Below are positions 46,398 to 56,700 of a DNA stretch of 64,000 nucleotides, piece by piece. Below the pieces are notes generated by a model. The model had not been told where the DNA came from and did no database searches. It saw nothing but the letters and a program-made list of their open reading frames with translations. This DNA comes from an uncultured Gemmatimonadales bacterium (GTDB lineage: Bacteria; Gemmatimonadota; Gemmatimonadetes; Longimicrobiales; RSA9). Where the stretch lies: the NCBI GenBank assembly GCA_963708135.1, contig OY970192.1:4320001-4384000 (forward strand). Direction: 5' to 3'. Numbering within the stretch: position 1 is the first letter of the stretch; each line of letters starts with the position of its first letter. The position numbers and the translations under genes were made by a program.

Positions 46398-46421
46398 GCT
46401 CGCGCCCCCAGGCAGGGGCAA

Positions 46422-46461
46422 GAGAAGAGGGCTGCGCCGGAAACGGTGCAGCCCTCTTCTC
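46422..46461. terminator. Strong hairpin terminator between convergent genes
   Basis: GAGAAGAGGGCTGCGCCG-GAAA-CGGTGCAGCCCTCTTCTC, an 18-bp stem with GNRA loop. Confidence 0.8.
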
Positions 46462-46493
46462 ACATTCGGCGGCCGGCTGGCGCCGCGCGCGTC

Positions 46494-47618
46494 TCAGCGC
46501 CGCCGGCGCGACGCTCGGCCGCTGGCCGCCTTGGCCGCCATCCGCGCCGGGGCGCGCGCCGCCGTGCTCGGGCCACCCCGGGCCCCGGCGGCGGCCTTCC
46601 CCGCCGGCTCCTTGCGCACCGCAGAGGCACGCGGAGCGGAAGCCGGCCCCGCCCCGGCACGGGCGCCGGAGCGGGATCCGCCCTTCCCTGGCCCGCCCAC
46701 CTTCGCCGCTCCCTTCCGCGCGGCCGCGCCGCCGGCCTTCTTCGGGGTGGGCTTCGCGGCCGGCGACCGTCTCGCCGGCGACTTCTTCGGCGCGGCCTTG
46801 CTGGCCGGCTTCTTCGCGGCCGACTTCTTCGGCGCGGACTTCTTCGCCGATTTCTTCGCGGCCGGCTTCTTCGCCGCGGCCTTCTTCACCGCGGACTTCT
46901 TCTTCGCGGCCGGCTTCTTCGCGGCCGGCTTCCTCGCCGCGGCCTTCTTCTTCGCGGCCGGCTTCTTCGCGGCCGGCTTCTTCGCGGCCGGCTTCTTCGC
47001 GGCCGGCTTCTTCGCGGCCGGCTTCTTCGCGGCCGGCTTCTTCGCGGCCGGCTTCTTCGCCGCAGGGGCCTCCGCGGCCGGCTTCCTGGCGGGCGGCTTC
47101 CTGGCGACCGGCTTGTTCGCGGGCGGCTCCTTCGGGGCGGCGGCCGTCGCGGGCGGCTTCTCGCGGGCGGCCTTCTTCGCGGCGCGCGGCTTCGTGGCGG
47201 CCGGCTTCTTCGCGCGTCCACGGGCGTCCGCCCTCGAGCGTCCGGCACGCGCAGCCGCGGCCCGCTCGGCCGCGGCGGCCTCGCTCAGCGGCTTGAGCGG
47301 CTCGGCGGAGGCGGGCTCGGGCTCCGGCTCGGGCTCCTCGACCACGGGCGGCTCGGGGGGGCTGGGGTCCACCAGGATGTTGGAGGAGGCGGCGTAGAAG
47401 GGGTGGGTCCTGGGCGGTGGCAGGCGGAGCTCCAGAAGTCGGCTGCCGTCCCCGGTCTTGCCGAGAACGCGCGAGACCTCCGCCAACCCCTCCGTGCAGT
47501 AGACCTGCTCGCCGACCCCGGGCAGGCGCTGGTCACCCGAAACCCAGCCGGGAACCGCGTCCTCGTCGACGCGCAGTGAGGCATTGGAGAGCCGCCTCGA
47601 GCTGTTCAGGTGCGACAT
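46494..47618 (-). CDS. Histone H1-like Lys/Ala/Pro-rich protein with a small N-terminal globular domain
   Basis: About 85-aa N-domain, PEPEPE linker and a long KKPAA repeat tail; GGAG RBS before ATG 47618. Confidence 0.8.
   Translation of the reverse strand: MSHLNSSRRLSNASLRVDEDAVPGWVSGDQRLPGVGEQVYCTEGLAEVSRVLGKTGDGSRLLELRLPPPRTHPFYAASSNILVDPSPPEPPVVEEPEPEPEPASAEPLKPLSEAAAAERAAAARAGRSRADARGRAKKPAATKPRAAKKAAREKPPATAAAPKEPPANKPVARKPPARKPAAEAPAAKKPAAKKPAAKKPAAKKPAAKKPAAKKPAAKKPAAKKKAAARKPAAKKPAAKKKSAVKKAAAKKPAAKKSAKKSAPKKSAAKKPASKAAPKKSPARRSPAAKPTPKKAGGAAARKGAAKVGGPGKGGSRSGARAGAGPASAPRASAVRKEPAGKAAAGARGGPSTAARAPARMAAKAASGRASRRRR
46954..47058. repeat. Seven perfect copies of the 15-bp unit GCGGCCGGCTTCTTC (encodes KKPAA on the minus strand)
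   Basis: Counted directly; degenerate copies extend over about 46730-47210. Confidence 0.95.
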
Positions 47619-48033
47619 CGGCTCGCTCCATTCATAGGTCCCTCCCGCGGCACCGACGCAGCGACGGCCACGTGCGCCCGGAACCAGTTCGGGGATCGGC
47701 CCGCGCCACACGGAGCCCCCGTTCGAGGAGGAGACTCGCGATCGCCGAATCCCTACCCCGAAGAGCAACCAAATGTTGCATTTTCCACCGGGTGCACGGG
47801 CCGCCCCTCCGACGATGGAGGACGGGCGCGCGACCTCGCTAAACCTCGTGGTCCGCCCGCCCGGAATGCCGCCTCGCGGCAACCAAGATAGCGAATTTTC
47901 CGCGGAACGGGGACGGCTTTCTTGCGCGCGTCCGTTCACGGGGCGGGCAGGGGCCCGCTGCAGGCAGATCCAAGTTGCGGTCCGCCAGTAACTTGACGGT
48001 CATGTGCGCAAGTGGTTTCGCACCTGTCCGGGC

Positions 48034-49323
48034 TCACGCCCGCAGCAGCCCCGGCAGCAGCACGCCGTCCGGGGCGTCGAAGTCGAGGCCGAGTAGCTCG
48101 GCCACGAGCGGAGCGATCTGGGTCAGTCCCATTATCGGGACGGTGATGCCGGGGCGGAAGCCGGCGGACCATCCGATGAAGCCGGTGTCCATGGCATGGA
48201 GCGAAGGCAGATACCCATGGGTGCCGCGGTGCGGAGCGTGGCCCATGGCGCGGGCGGCGTCGCCGAACATGATACCGGGGGCGGCGGTGAGGGCGAGCGG
48301 GATGTCGGGCTCGGCGCGGAGGGTGTCGAGCTCGTCGCGGTCCATCAGGCGGAAGAGCCTGCGCTTTCCCTCGGGGCGGGCGCGGAGGACGTCGATGACG
48401 CGGGCGACGGCGTCGTCATCGGCGGGGTCGCGCAGGTGGAGGGTAGTCGTGCCGAAGCCGCCGTGGAAGGCCGCGCGCCAGTCGCCGCGGTCGGGGCGGT
48501 CCTCGAGGAGTCCGGCGTCCGCGAGCCAGCGGTTGGGGAAGATGGCGGTATGGACGTCGGTGAAGCCGTGGTCGCCGGTGATGATGAAGGCGGTGGAGTC
48601 GATGAGGCCGCAGCGCCGTGCGGTCTCGAGGATCTCGGCCACCCCGACGTCGGCGGCCGCGAGAGCGCTTCGGGTGCGGGGCCCGTCCGTTCCCTCCTCG
48701 TGGCTCCAGTGGTCGAGCTCGAGGAGGTGGACGAGGAGCAGGTCGGGGCGCATCGCCTCGAGGAGCCAGGACGCCATCGCCGCGGCGCGGCCGTCCCTGG
48801 CCAGGTCGGCCGAGGTGAAGCTGCCCGCGCGGAGTCGGCCGGTGGCCTCGCGCTCGAGGACCTCGAGGAAGCCGGGAGGCGACGTCGCCTGACGTACGGG
48901 CTCAATGGGGTCCGCGGCATCCGCGTCGAGAGGCCAGATGTCGGGGACGCACCAGTCCAGCGGGGCGCCGACGCTGACGGGCCACCCGATGCTGGCGCTG
49001 GTACGGCGCTGGGCGGCCGTGGCGTCCCAGAGCGCAGGGATCCGAACGTGGGAGGCCTCCCACAGCCAGCGCTCGGTGTGGCCGGCGGCCTCGAAGGGGC
49101 GGTTCGCGTAGATGCCGTGCTGGCCGGGCGTCGCGCCGGTGAGGATGGAGGTATGGGAGGGGTAGGTGAGCGTGGGGAAGACGCCTTCCACACGGATGGC
49201 GTGCGCGCCCTCGCGGGCCAGGTGCTGGAGAGTGGGCGCCGGCCACCGGTCGTCCAGGTAATGATCCGGCCGGAGCCCGTCGATCGAGACGAGCACCACG
49301 CGGCGGGTGCGCGTGCGAGGCAC
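48034..49323 (-). CDS. Nucleotide pyrophosphatase/phosphodiesterase (alkaline phosphatase superfamily)
   Basis: SIDGLRPD, PTLTYPSHTSILTG, DHWSHEEG, TGDHGF and GTHGY. Confidence 0.92.
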   Translation of the reverse strand: MPRTRTRRVVLVSIDGLRPDHYLDDRWPAPTLQHLAREGAHAIRVEGVFPTLTYPSHTSILTGATPGQHGIYANRPFEAAGHTERWLWEASHVRIPALWDATAAQRRTSASIGWPVSVGAPLDWCVPDIWPLDADAADPIEPVRQATSPPGFLEVLEREATGRLRAGSFTSADLARDGRAAAMASWLLEAMRPDLLLVHLLELDHWSHEEGTDGPRTRSALAAADVGVAEILETARRCGLIDSTAFIITGDHGFTDVHTAIFPNRWLADAGLLEDRPDRGDWRAAFHGGFGTTTLHLRDPADDDAVARVIDVLRARPEGKRRLFRLMDRDELDTLRAEPDIPLALTAAPGIMFGDAARAMGHAPHRGTHGYLPSLHAMDTGFIGWSAGFRPGITVPIMGLTQIAPLVAELLGLDFDAPDGVLLPGLLRA

Positions 49324-49326
49324 GCT

Positions 49327-49884
49327 TCAGTGGCCGAGGTTGAGGAGAACGAGGTCGGCGCGGCCATCGCCGTTGCGGTCCACCAGCTCGGCGAGGGGGA
49401 TGCCGGCGGCGCGGATGGTGACCGCCGATCCGCCGCCGGCCGGGGTCAGCCATCGTCCCGTCAGGGGCCCCGCGGCGCCGAGGAGTTGCGCGCGCTCGGC
49501 GAGCCGGCCGAGGATGACGCTGCCGAGCACCTGCGCGAGCGTGGGCTGCGTGATGACGGTGCCCGCGCCGTAGCGACGCGAGAGCGGAATGCTGTCCCAG
49601 CCGGCGCGGCCCCAGCGGTACGTGCCGCCCAGGCCGAAGCCCTTCTCGAGGCACCATTGCCGGCCGTAGACGGGGTGGCCCGCGCCGCTCCGGCAGAAGG
49701 CGGGGGCGCCGGCGCGGGCGCGCTCGACAGGGCGGGTCTCCCGCTCCAGCTCGCGTTGCTGCTTCCCGTGCTCCTTCTGCGCGTGGGCGGGCCGGGGGTG
49801 GGGCTTCTGCGCGGCTGCCGGGGCCGCGGCCGCGAGGGTGATCGCGAGGGCGGCGCCGGTAGTGAGAATTCCGTAGCGAAGCAT
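49327..49884 (-). CDS. Hypothetical secreted protein
   Basis: AAGGAGGA RBS; signal peptide AAA-Q; PAFCRSGAGHPVYGRQWC; C-terminal DRNGDGRAD Ca-loop-like motif. Confidence 0.75.
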   Translation of the reverse strand: MLRYGILTTGAALAITLAAAAPAAAQKPHPRPAHAQKEHGKQQRELERETRPVERARAGAPAFCRSGAGHPVYGRQWCLEKGFGLGGTYRWGRAGWDSIPLSRRYGAGTVITQPTLAQVLGSVILGRLAERAQLLGAAGPLTGRWLTPAGGGSAVTIRAAGIPLAELVDRNGDGRADLVLLNLGH

Positions 49885-49969
49885 CGGGTCCTCCTTATCT
49901 CATGGTTTCGCCATGCTTTACGTGTCCCGGTCGGCGCCCCGGGCGAGCCGGGCCGCGCGGGAGCGACGG

Positions 49970-49985
49970 TGCAAGGGGCTTGCCT
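49970..49985 (-). promoter_or_regulatory. Putative sigma54 promoter AGGCAAGCCCCTTGCA
   Basis: GG-N10-GC with TTGCA at -12, about 85 bp upstream of ATG 49884. Confidence 0.5.
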
Positions 49986-50071
49986 CGGGACCCCCGTCCG
50001 CCCCACCGTGCGGGCTGCAGCGTACCTGGAACGTGCAACGTCCGCAGATCCGGCCCGACCGGGAGGCCCCG

Positions 50072-51466
50072 ATGTATCGCACGCTCTTCGAGCTGACGTC
50101 GCTGGCGCTGGTGGGCTGGCTGCTGCCGATCGCGCTGCCGCGCTGGTCGGTGACGCGGCGCCTGGGGGAGTCGGAGGTGCTGCCCGCGTACCTCGCGGTT
50201 CTCTACCTGCTGGGCGTGGCGCCGGTTCTCGTGCGGATCGGGCCCGGCCTGGTGCGCGCGATCGCGGATCCCGCGGCGGCGACACGGCTGCTGGCCGTGC
50301 CGGAGCTGGCGCTGCTGGCGTGGATCCACATTCTCACGTTCGACCAGGTCGTCGGGCTGCTGATCTACCGCGACAACATGCGCCACGGCTGGGTCTCGAT
50401 GCGGACGCAATCGGTGCTGCTCGTGGTGACGCTGGTGCTCGGGCCGGTCGGGTACCTGGCCTATTGGGCCCTGCGTCTGCCGCGCCGGAGCGAGGGGGCG
50501 GCGGGGAGCGCCGGCCTGCGCCGCGCCCGCGCCCGGGTGGCCTCCCGCTTCGCCGGGGAGCCGCTGCTCCTGCGGACGGCGACCGGCATCCTCGGCCTCG
50601 GCCTCTTTCTCGCCGCGCTCCTGGCGGTGAACGGCCGCACCATCCCGCCGCACGGCGACCTGGTCCGGGCGCTCGGGTTCGCCGCCGGGCTCGCGGGCTA
50701 CGTCCTGACGCTGGCGATGCTCGCGGGGCCCGCCGCGCTGGATGGCGCCACCGGCAGGCACTGGCGGCGCACCGTCGTCGCGGTGGCCGTGCTGGCGGCG
50801 GCGATCGAGACCGTGCAGTCGCTGCGCGGGCTGACGCCGCGCTTCCCGGTCTCCGGCGGCGCCGCCGACCGCAGTGTCGCCGCGCTCCTCCTCGCCGATG
50901 TGGCGGGCCTGCTGGCCCTGTTCGGCGCGCTGGCCGCGCGCTTCTACACGGGGCGCGACCGGGGCGGTCCGCTCTTGCGGGCGGCCATCCGCTACGCCGC
51001 CGGCGGTGCGGTGGCGGGGCTACTCGGTGGCGGCTTCCTGGCGATCACGGGAGGCGCGACGGTTCCGCCGGCCGGAACCTTCCTTCCGCTGCACCTTCTC
51101 GGGTTGGCCGCGGCCGCGGCGGTGCCGGCGGTGGCGGGGCTCTTCCGGCTCGCGGAGACCCCCGACCGGGCGGCGCTGCCGTGGCTCCACGCCGCCGGAT
51201 TGGGCTGGCTGGGCGCCTGCGCCGCCGTCGCCTGGCAGGCGGGACTCGGCGAGGCGCCTCTCGCGGCTACGGCCGCGAACGCGCTCGCGGCGCTGGCGCT
51301 CGGCACGTGGCTGCTCGCGGCCGGGCAGGCGCTGCTGGCGTGGCGCATCCGGGCGCGCTGGGAGACGCGGGTGGACAGCGCGAGTCCCAATGCGGGCCCG
51401 CCGGAGCCGGCGCTCGAGCTCCTCGAGCCGGCCGAGGCGGGGGAGACGGTCGCTATCCCGAACTGA
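50072..51466 (+). CDS. ABA4-like (DUF4281) domain fused to a multi-pass membrane domain
   Basis: LAWIHILTFDQVVG and LGPVGYL in the N-terminal ~140 aa; many further TM helices; GGAGG RBS. Confidence 0.75.
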   Translation: MYRTLFELTSLALVGWLLPIALPRWSVTRRLGESEVLPAYLAVLYLLGVAPVLVRIGPGLVRAIADPAAATRLLAVPELALLAWIHILTFDQVVGLLIYRDNMRHGWVSMRTQSVLLVVTLVLGPVGYLAYWALRLPRRSEGAAGSAGLRRARARVASRFAGEPLLLRTATGILGLGLFLAALLAVNGRTIPPHGDLVRALGFAAGLAGYVLTLAMLAGPAALDGATGRHWRRTVVAVAVLAAAIETVQSLRGLTPRFPVSGGAADRSVAALLLADVAGLLALFGALAARFYTGRDRGGPLLRAAIRYAAGGAVAGLLGGGFLAITGGATVPPAGTFLPLHLLGLAAAAAVPAVAGLFRLAETPDRAALPWLHAAGLGWLGACAAVAWQAGLGEAPLAATAANALAALALGTWLLAAGQALLAWRIRARWETRVDSASPNAGPPEPALELLEPAEAGETVAIPN

Positions 51467-51592
51467 TACGGCCCGGGCGCACGAGGAGAGGACGCCCGCC
51501 AGGGAAGGAGGACCGGCCCGGAACGGACGAGCGGGTGGCCGCTGTCGCGACCACCCGCTTTCCGGTTTCCCGTCCGGACCGCCGCCCGGGCT

Positions 51593-51772
51593 TCAGCCGT
51601 GGTCCGGCAGAAGTCCCTGATAGCGGCGATGGAATACGGGCGCCATGCGCTGGCACCACTGCTCCTGCGTGCCGCCGCGCGAGATATAGCGCGCCAGCAG
51701 CGCACGCTGGAGTGCCATGTACGCGGCGAACGACGTGCCGTAGAGCGCCCGATACTGTTCCGCCAGGATCAT
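51593..51772 (-). CDS. Small hypothetical protein (59 aa)
   Basis: GGAGGAG RBS before ATG 51772; composition not GC-shadow-like (YMALQRALLARY, RGGTQEQWC, FHRRY). Confidence 0.6.
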   Translation of the reverse strand: MILAEQYRALYGTSFAAYMALQRALLARYISRGGTQEQWCQRMAPVFHRRYQGLLPDHG

Positions 51773-51858
51773 CTCCTCCACCTCGACCGATCATTCCGGG
51801 AGCCGCCTTCAAATGGGCGGTTCGGGCCCCTGCGGCCCCGCTCCCGGTCGCGTGCTAG

Positions 51859-51874
51859 TGCGAGGACCGTGCCG
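51859..51874 (-). promoter_or_regulatory. Putative sigma54 promoter CGGCACGGTCCTCGCA
   Basis: GGCACG-N4-TCGCA (GG-N10-GC), about 85 bp upstream of ATG 51772. Confidence 0.5.
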
Positions 51875-52371
51875 TCGCGGAATGCCAGGCCGATCTCATT
51901 GAGGCACAACGTAATTGGGGGGTGTTTCCCCCGGCTCCGAGCGGTCGTTTCACACCGGTCGATCGACCACTTTGTACCATCTCAGACACTCGCGTGCGTC
52001 CTCTGACGTGGACGGTTCCCGCTCAGATCCAGCGCAGCGGAATTCGGATCCGAATCCCGCTATCTCCGATACGGGCCGATGCGCCTGGGCTCGTCACGCA
52101 TTGACGACCGGGTCTTCTTGCACGCGGCCGAGGCACGGCGGGGAACCGTCGGATTCGGGTTCCGGGGCTGCGGCCCTGGATTCGGATTCGTGCCCTCGCG
52201 CCATCTCTTCCCTCGCGCGACCGTTTCCGCCCGCGGAGCCGCCTGTGCCGGCCCGCGGCTTGCGTGGCGCGGACCGATCCCCCCGGCCCGCGATCCGCGG
52301 CCGGGCCAGGGGGCGGCGGTCCGGGGGGAGGTGCGTGCCGCCGACATACCAGCGCGCGGGAAATCGTCCAA

Positions 52372-53628
52372 GTGGCGCGGAATTACGATTTGAACCGGAC
52401 CGGAGCGGCCTTCGAGTCCGTCGAGCTGTTCAGGCTGCTGGTCGAATCCGTGATGGACTATGCGATCTTCGCCCTCGACGCGACGGGCCACGTGGTGACC
52501 TGGAACGCCGGGGCGGAGCGGATCAAGGGCTACACGCGCGAGGAGATTGTGGGGCTGCACTTCTCGACGTTCTACCCGGAGGAGGACCGGCTGGCGGGGA
52601 AGCCGGACTGGGAGCTGCGGGTGGCGGCGGAGGAGGGGCGGGTCGAGGACGAGGGGTGGAGGATCCGGAAGGACGGCACGCGCTTCTGGGCGAACGTCGT
52701 GATCACTGCGCTGCGTGCGCCGGACGGCTCGCTCATGGGCTACGCGAAGGTCACACGGGATCTGACGGAGCGGAAGGCGTCGGAGGAGCGGGCGCGTGAG
52801 GATGCGGCGCGTCTGGCGGCGGAGGAAGCCGGTCGCACGGCGGCGGAGCAGCGGGCGCGCGCGTTGGGCGAGCTGCTCGACCGGCTGCAGGAGCAGGCGG
52901 AGGAGTTGGAGCAGCGGCGCGCGGAGGCGGAGGAGGCGAACCGGGCGAAGAGCGCGTTCCTCGCGGCCATGTCCCACGAGCTGCGGACGCCTCTGAACGC
53001 CATCGCCGGCTATACCGATCTGATGCTGCTGGGGATCCGGGGCCCGCTCACTCCGGACCAGATCGCGGACCTGGAGCGGGTGCGCCGGAGCGGGCGCCAC
53101 CTGCTCGCGTTGATCGACGATGTCCTGAATTTCGTCCCGCTCGAGGCCGGCAGCGTGACGTATGACCTGCGCCCGGTGCGGGTGGCCGACGTGCTGGACA
53201 TCGTGCTCGGGATGGTCGATCCGCAGTCCGCCGGCAAGACCCTGGAGTTCGCGGTTCACCCGTGCGGCCCGGAGGTGAGTGTGACTGCGGACCGGGACCG
53301 CTTCGCGCAGATCCTCATCAACCTGCTGGTGAACGCGATCAAGTTCACTCCCGCGGAGGGGCGGATCACGCTCGCCTGCGAGTCGGCGGGTGAGGACGTG
53401 CTGGTGCGCGTTTCGGACACGGGCCCGGGGATCGATCCGGCCCGACTGGAGGCGATCTTCGAGCCGTTCGTGCAGCTCGACACGGGACTTACGCGCGCCG
53501 CGCAGGGGATCGGCCTGGGGCTGTCGATCAGCCGCGAGCTGGCGCGTGGCATGGGCGGCGAGCTCACGGTGGCCAGCGAAGTCGGAGAGGGCTCGACCTT
53601 CACGCTGCGGCTGCGCCGGACCAGCTGA
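52372..53628 (+). CDS. Cytoplasmic PAS-domain sensor histidine kinase
   Basis: DYAIFALD..WNAGAERIKGY PAS and RKDGTRFWANV PAC; H-box SHELRTPLNAI, N-box NAIKFT, DTGPGI and GLGLSI; start approximate. Confidence 0.93.
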   Translation: MARNYDLNRTGAAFESVELFRLLVESVMDYAIFALDATGHVVTWNAGAERIKGYTREEIVGLHFSTFYPEEDRLAGKPDWELRVAAEEGRVEDEGWRIRKDGTRFWANVVITALRAPDGSLMGYAKVTRDLTERKASEERAREDAARLAAEEAGRTAAEQRARALGELLDRLQEQAEELEQRRAEAEEANRAKSAFLAAMSHELRTPLNAIAGYTDLMLLGIRGPLTPDQIADLERVRRSGRHLLALIDDVLNFVPLEAGSVTYDLRPVRVADVLDIVLGMVDPQSAGKTLEFAVHPCGPEVSVTADRDRFAQILINLLVNAIKFTPAEGRITLACESAGEDVLVRVSDTGPGIDPARLEAIFEPFVQLDTGLTRAAQGIGLGLSISRELARGMGGELTVASEVGEGSTFTLRLRRTS

Positions 53629-53786
53629 GCCGAGGGGGGCGCAGCACGGGGCGCCCGGGCCGCCCGCCGCGCCGGCTTTGCGACTTGCCGCGCCGCCGCG
53701 CGCGCTCCCATAATGAAGCCGCACACCCACCCGAAGCCCACGTCCCTCCGACGGCCGACCGCCGTGCCGAACCCGGGAGTCGCCCC

Positions 53787-56700
53787 ATGCGCCTTTCCGC
53801 CCTCCTGCTCCTGCCTCTCGCCCTCGCCCCGCTGAACCGTCCGTCTCGCGCAGCCTACCCGGGGACCGCCCTCGGCCCGGCGGGCGCCCGTGCACCAGCG
53901 GCCGCCTCGGATCTCGGCTACTACCGGTTCCCGACCCTGCGCGGGAACACGATCGTCTTCACGGCCGAGGGCGACCTGTGGACGGTGCCGGCCAGCGGCG
54001 GCGAGGCCCGTCGCCTGACCACGCACCTGGCCGAAGAGACGCACCCGGCGATCTCGCCGGATGGCCGCACGCTGGCCTTCACGGCCGGCTACGACGGCCC
54101 CGCCGAGGTCTACACGATGCCGATCGAGGGCGGCGTGCCGACGCGGCATACGTGGGACGGCCTGCCCGGCACCAGGGGCGATCTCGTGCTCGGGTGGACG
54201 ACGGACGGGCGGATCCTCTATTCCACGACGCGCTACTCCACTTTGCCGGAGACGCAGCTGGCGACGCTGGACCCCTCGACCGGCCGGCGCAGCCTCGTCC
54301 CGCTCGCGCAGGCCTCGGACGGGGCGTGGGAGGACGCTACCGGCGCGCTCTACTTCACCCGCTTCGCGAAGCAGTCGAGCAATACGCGCGACTATCGTGG
54401 GGGTACGGCGCAGGGCATCTGGGTGTACGGCGGGGGTGGGGGGGTGAAGGCGGCGCGGGGGGAGGGGGAGGGTACGGGTAAGGGTACGGGTAAGGGTGAG
54501 GGCCCGGCGTGGGATGGCATGGAGGCGGTGGGGCTGACGGGGGACTACCCGGGCACATCGAAGACGCCAATGCCGTGGGGCGGCAGGATCTACTTCGCGT
54601 CGGACCGCGATGGGGTGATGAACCTGTGGTCGATGGACCGGGAGGGGAAGGACCTGAAGCAGCTGACGCACCACGAGGACTTCGAGGTGCAGTGGCCCGC
54701 GATGGACGACGGACGGATCGTCTACCAGGATGGGGCGGACCTGTGGCTGCTGGACGTGCGGAGCGGGCAGGATAGGAAGCTGGACATCCGGCTGCCGTCG
54801 GACTTCGACCAGCTCCGGGCGCGGCGGGTCGAGAAGCCGATGGAGTGGCTGACGTCGGCGCACCTCTCGCCGCACGGCAACCGGGTCGTGCTCACGGCAC
54901 GGGGCCAGGTCTTCGTGACGCCCGCGAAGGCGGGGCAGGGGCGGCTGGTCGAGGCCACGCGCGGGCAGGACGTGCGCTACCGCGACGCGCGCTTCCTGCC
55001 GGACGGCGGCTCGCTGCTGACGCTCTCGGACGAGAGCGGCGAGGTGGAGCTGTGGCGGCTGCCGGCGGACGGCGTGGGCGGGCGGGAGCAGCTCACGACG
55101 GACGGTACGATCCTGCGCTGGGAGGCGGTGCCGAGCCCGGATGGCAGGTGGATCGCGCACACGGACAAGGACCAGCGGCTGTGGGTGCTGGACGCGGCCG
55201 CGAAGACCAGCCGGAAGGTAGCGGAGAGCGCGTACGACGACTTCCGCGATCTGGCCTGGAGCCCCGACTCGCGCTGGCTGGCGTACGTCGAGGCGGGCGC
55301 GAACCAGCTCCGCCGGGTCGTGCTGTACGACACGAAGACGCAGGCGACGACGCCCGTCACCACCGACCGCTATTCCTCGTTCTCGCCGGTCTGGTCGCCG
55401 GACGGGAAATGGCTGTGGCTGCTGTCCGACAGGACCTTCGATTCCGCCGTGGGCTCCCCGTGGGGTGCGTACCAGCCCGAGCCGTTCTTCGACGAGCGTA
55501 CGAAGGTGTACGCCCTCGCGCTGGAGCCGGATGAGACGTTCCCGATGGCGCCCCGCACCGAGCTGATGGCCCGGCCAGCCGCCGCCGATGCGAATCCGGC
55601 GCGCAGCGCGGAGTCCGAATCCGGCGGCTCGGGGCGGGCTGCGGCGAAGAGGGCGGAGGGGCGCGGAGGGTCCGCCGCGGCCGCGTCGCCGAAGGCGGTC
55701 GCGATCCGGCTCGCGGGGCTCGCCGGCCGGCTCTACGAGGCGCCGATCCCGGCGGGCGACTACCGGGACCTGTCGGTGGACGGCGCCGGCAAGCATCTGC
55801 TGGCGCTCGGCGGGAAGGCGGGAGCGCGTACGGCTGACCTCGTCGCCTGGGAGATCTCCCCCGAGAAGCCGAAGCCGAAGACGCTGGCGGAAGGGGTGCG
55901 CGGCTACGAGCTCTCGGCGGACGGCCGGAAGGTGCTGGTGCGGAAGGGGGACGCGCTCTACGTCGTCGCCTCGGACGGGAAGGAGAAGCTGGAGGACGGC
56001 AAGGTGGACCTTTCGGGGTGGAGCTTCCGGCTCGACCCGCGCGAGGAGCTGCGGCAGATGTACGGCGAGGCGTGGCGCCTGGAGCGGGACTACTACTGGG
56101 ATCCGGCCATGCGCGGGCTGGACTGGAAGGCGATCCGGGCCAAGTACCGGCCGCTGGCGGAGCGCGCGACGGACCGCGAGGAACTCTCCGACGTGTTCAT
56201 GCAGATGATCGCCGAGCTCCGGACGCTGCACATGTTCGTCTACGGCGGCGACGTGCGGGAGGGCGAGCAGGTGCTGCCCGCCTCGCTGGGGGCGCGGCTC
56301 GAGCGCGACTCCGCGGCGGGCGGGTACCGTGTGGCCCACATCTACCGCGCGGACCCGGACCAGCCGGAGGATCTGGCGCCGCTGGCGCGGGCGGGCGTGG
56401 GCGTCCGGGAAGGCGATGTCATCACGGCCGTGAACGGGGTGGCGACGCTGTCGGTGCCGGACATCGGCGGATTGCTCGAGGACCAGGCGGGGAAGCAGGT
56501 GCTGCTGGAGGTTCGGCGGGGCACGGGCAGGGGCACGGGCACGGGGGAACTGCCGAAAGCGAAAGCGAAGGCGAAGGCGAAAGCGGGAACGGCTTCGGGA
56601 TTTCGGGTCGTGGTGGAGCCGATCACGCCGCGGGAGGAGGCGGATCTCCGGTACTCGGAGTGGGAGTACACGCGGCGGCTGGCGGTGGACAGCCTGGGTG

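Noticed and set aside
46531..47397. Plus-strand ORF of AAGFF repeats
   Set aside because: Antisense shadow of the KKPAA-repeat gene, which has the RBS and globular domain on the minus strand.
47765..47779. GCAAC-N5-GTTGC palindrome upstream of the H1-like gene
   Set aside because: Arms of only 5 bp, a single copy and no assignable regulator; too weak to call.
48196..51858. 1220-aa plus-strand ORF, and similar long ORFs such as 53256-57302(-), 58596-62363(+), 936-3740(-) and 31664-34567(-)
   Set aside because: Arg/Ala/Gly/Pro-rich with no motifs, and they overlap well-supported genes; stop-poor shadow frames expected at high GC.
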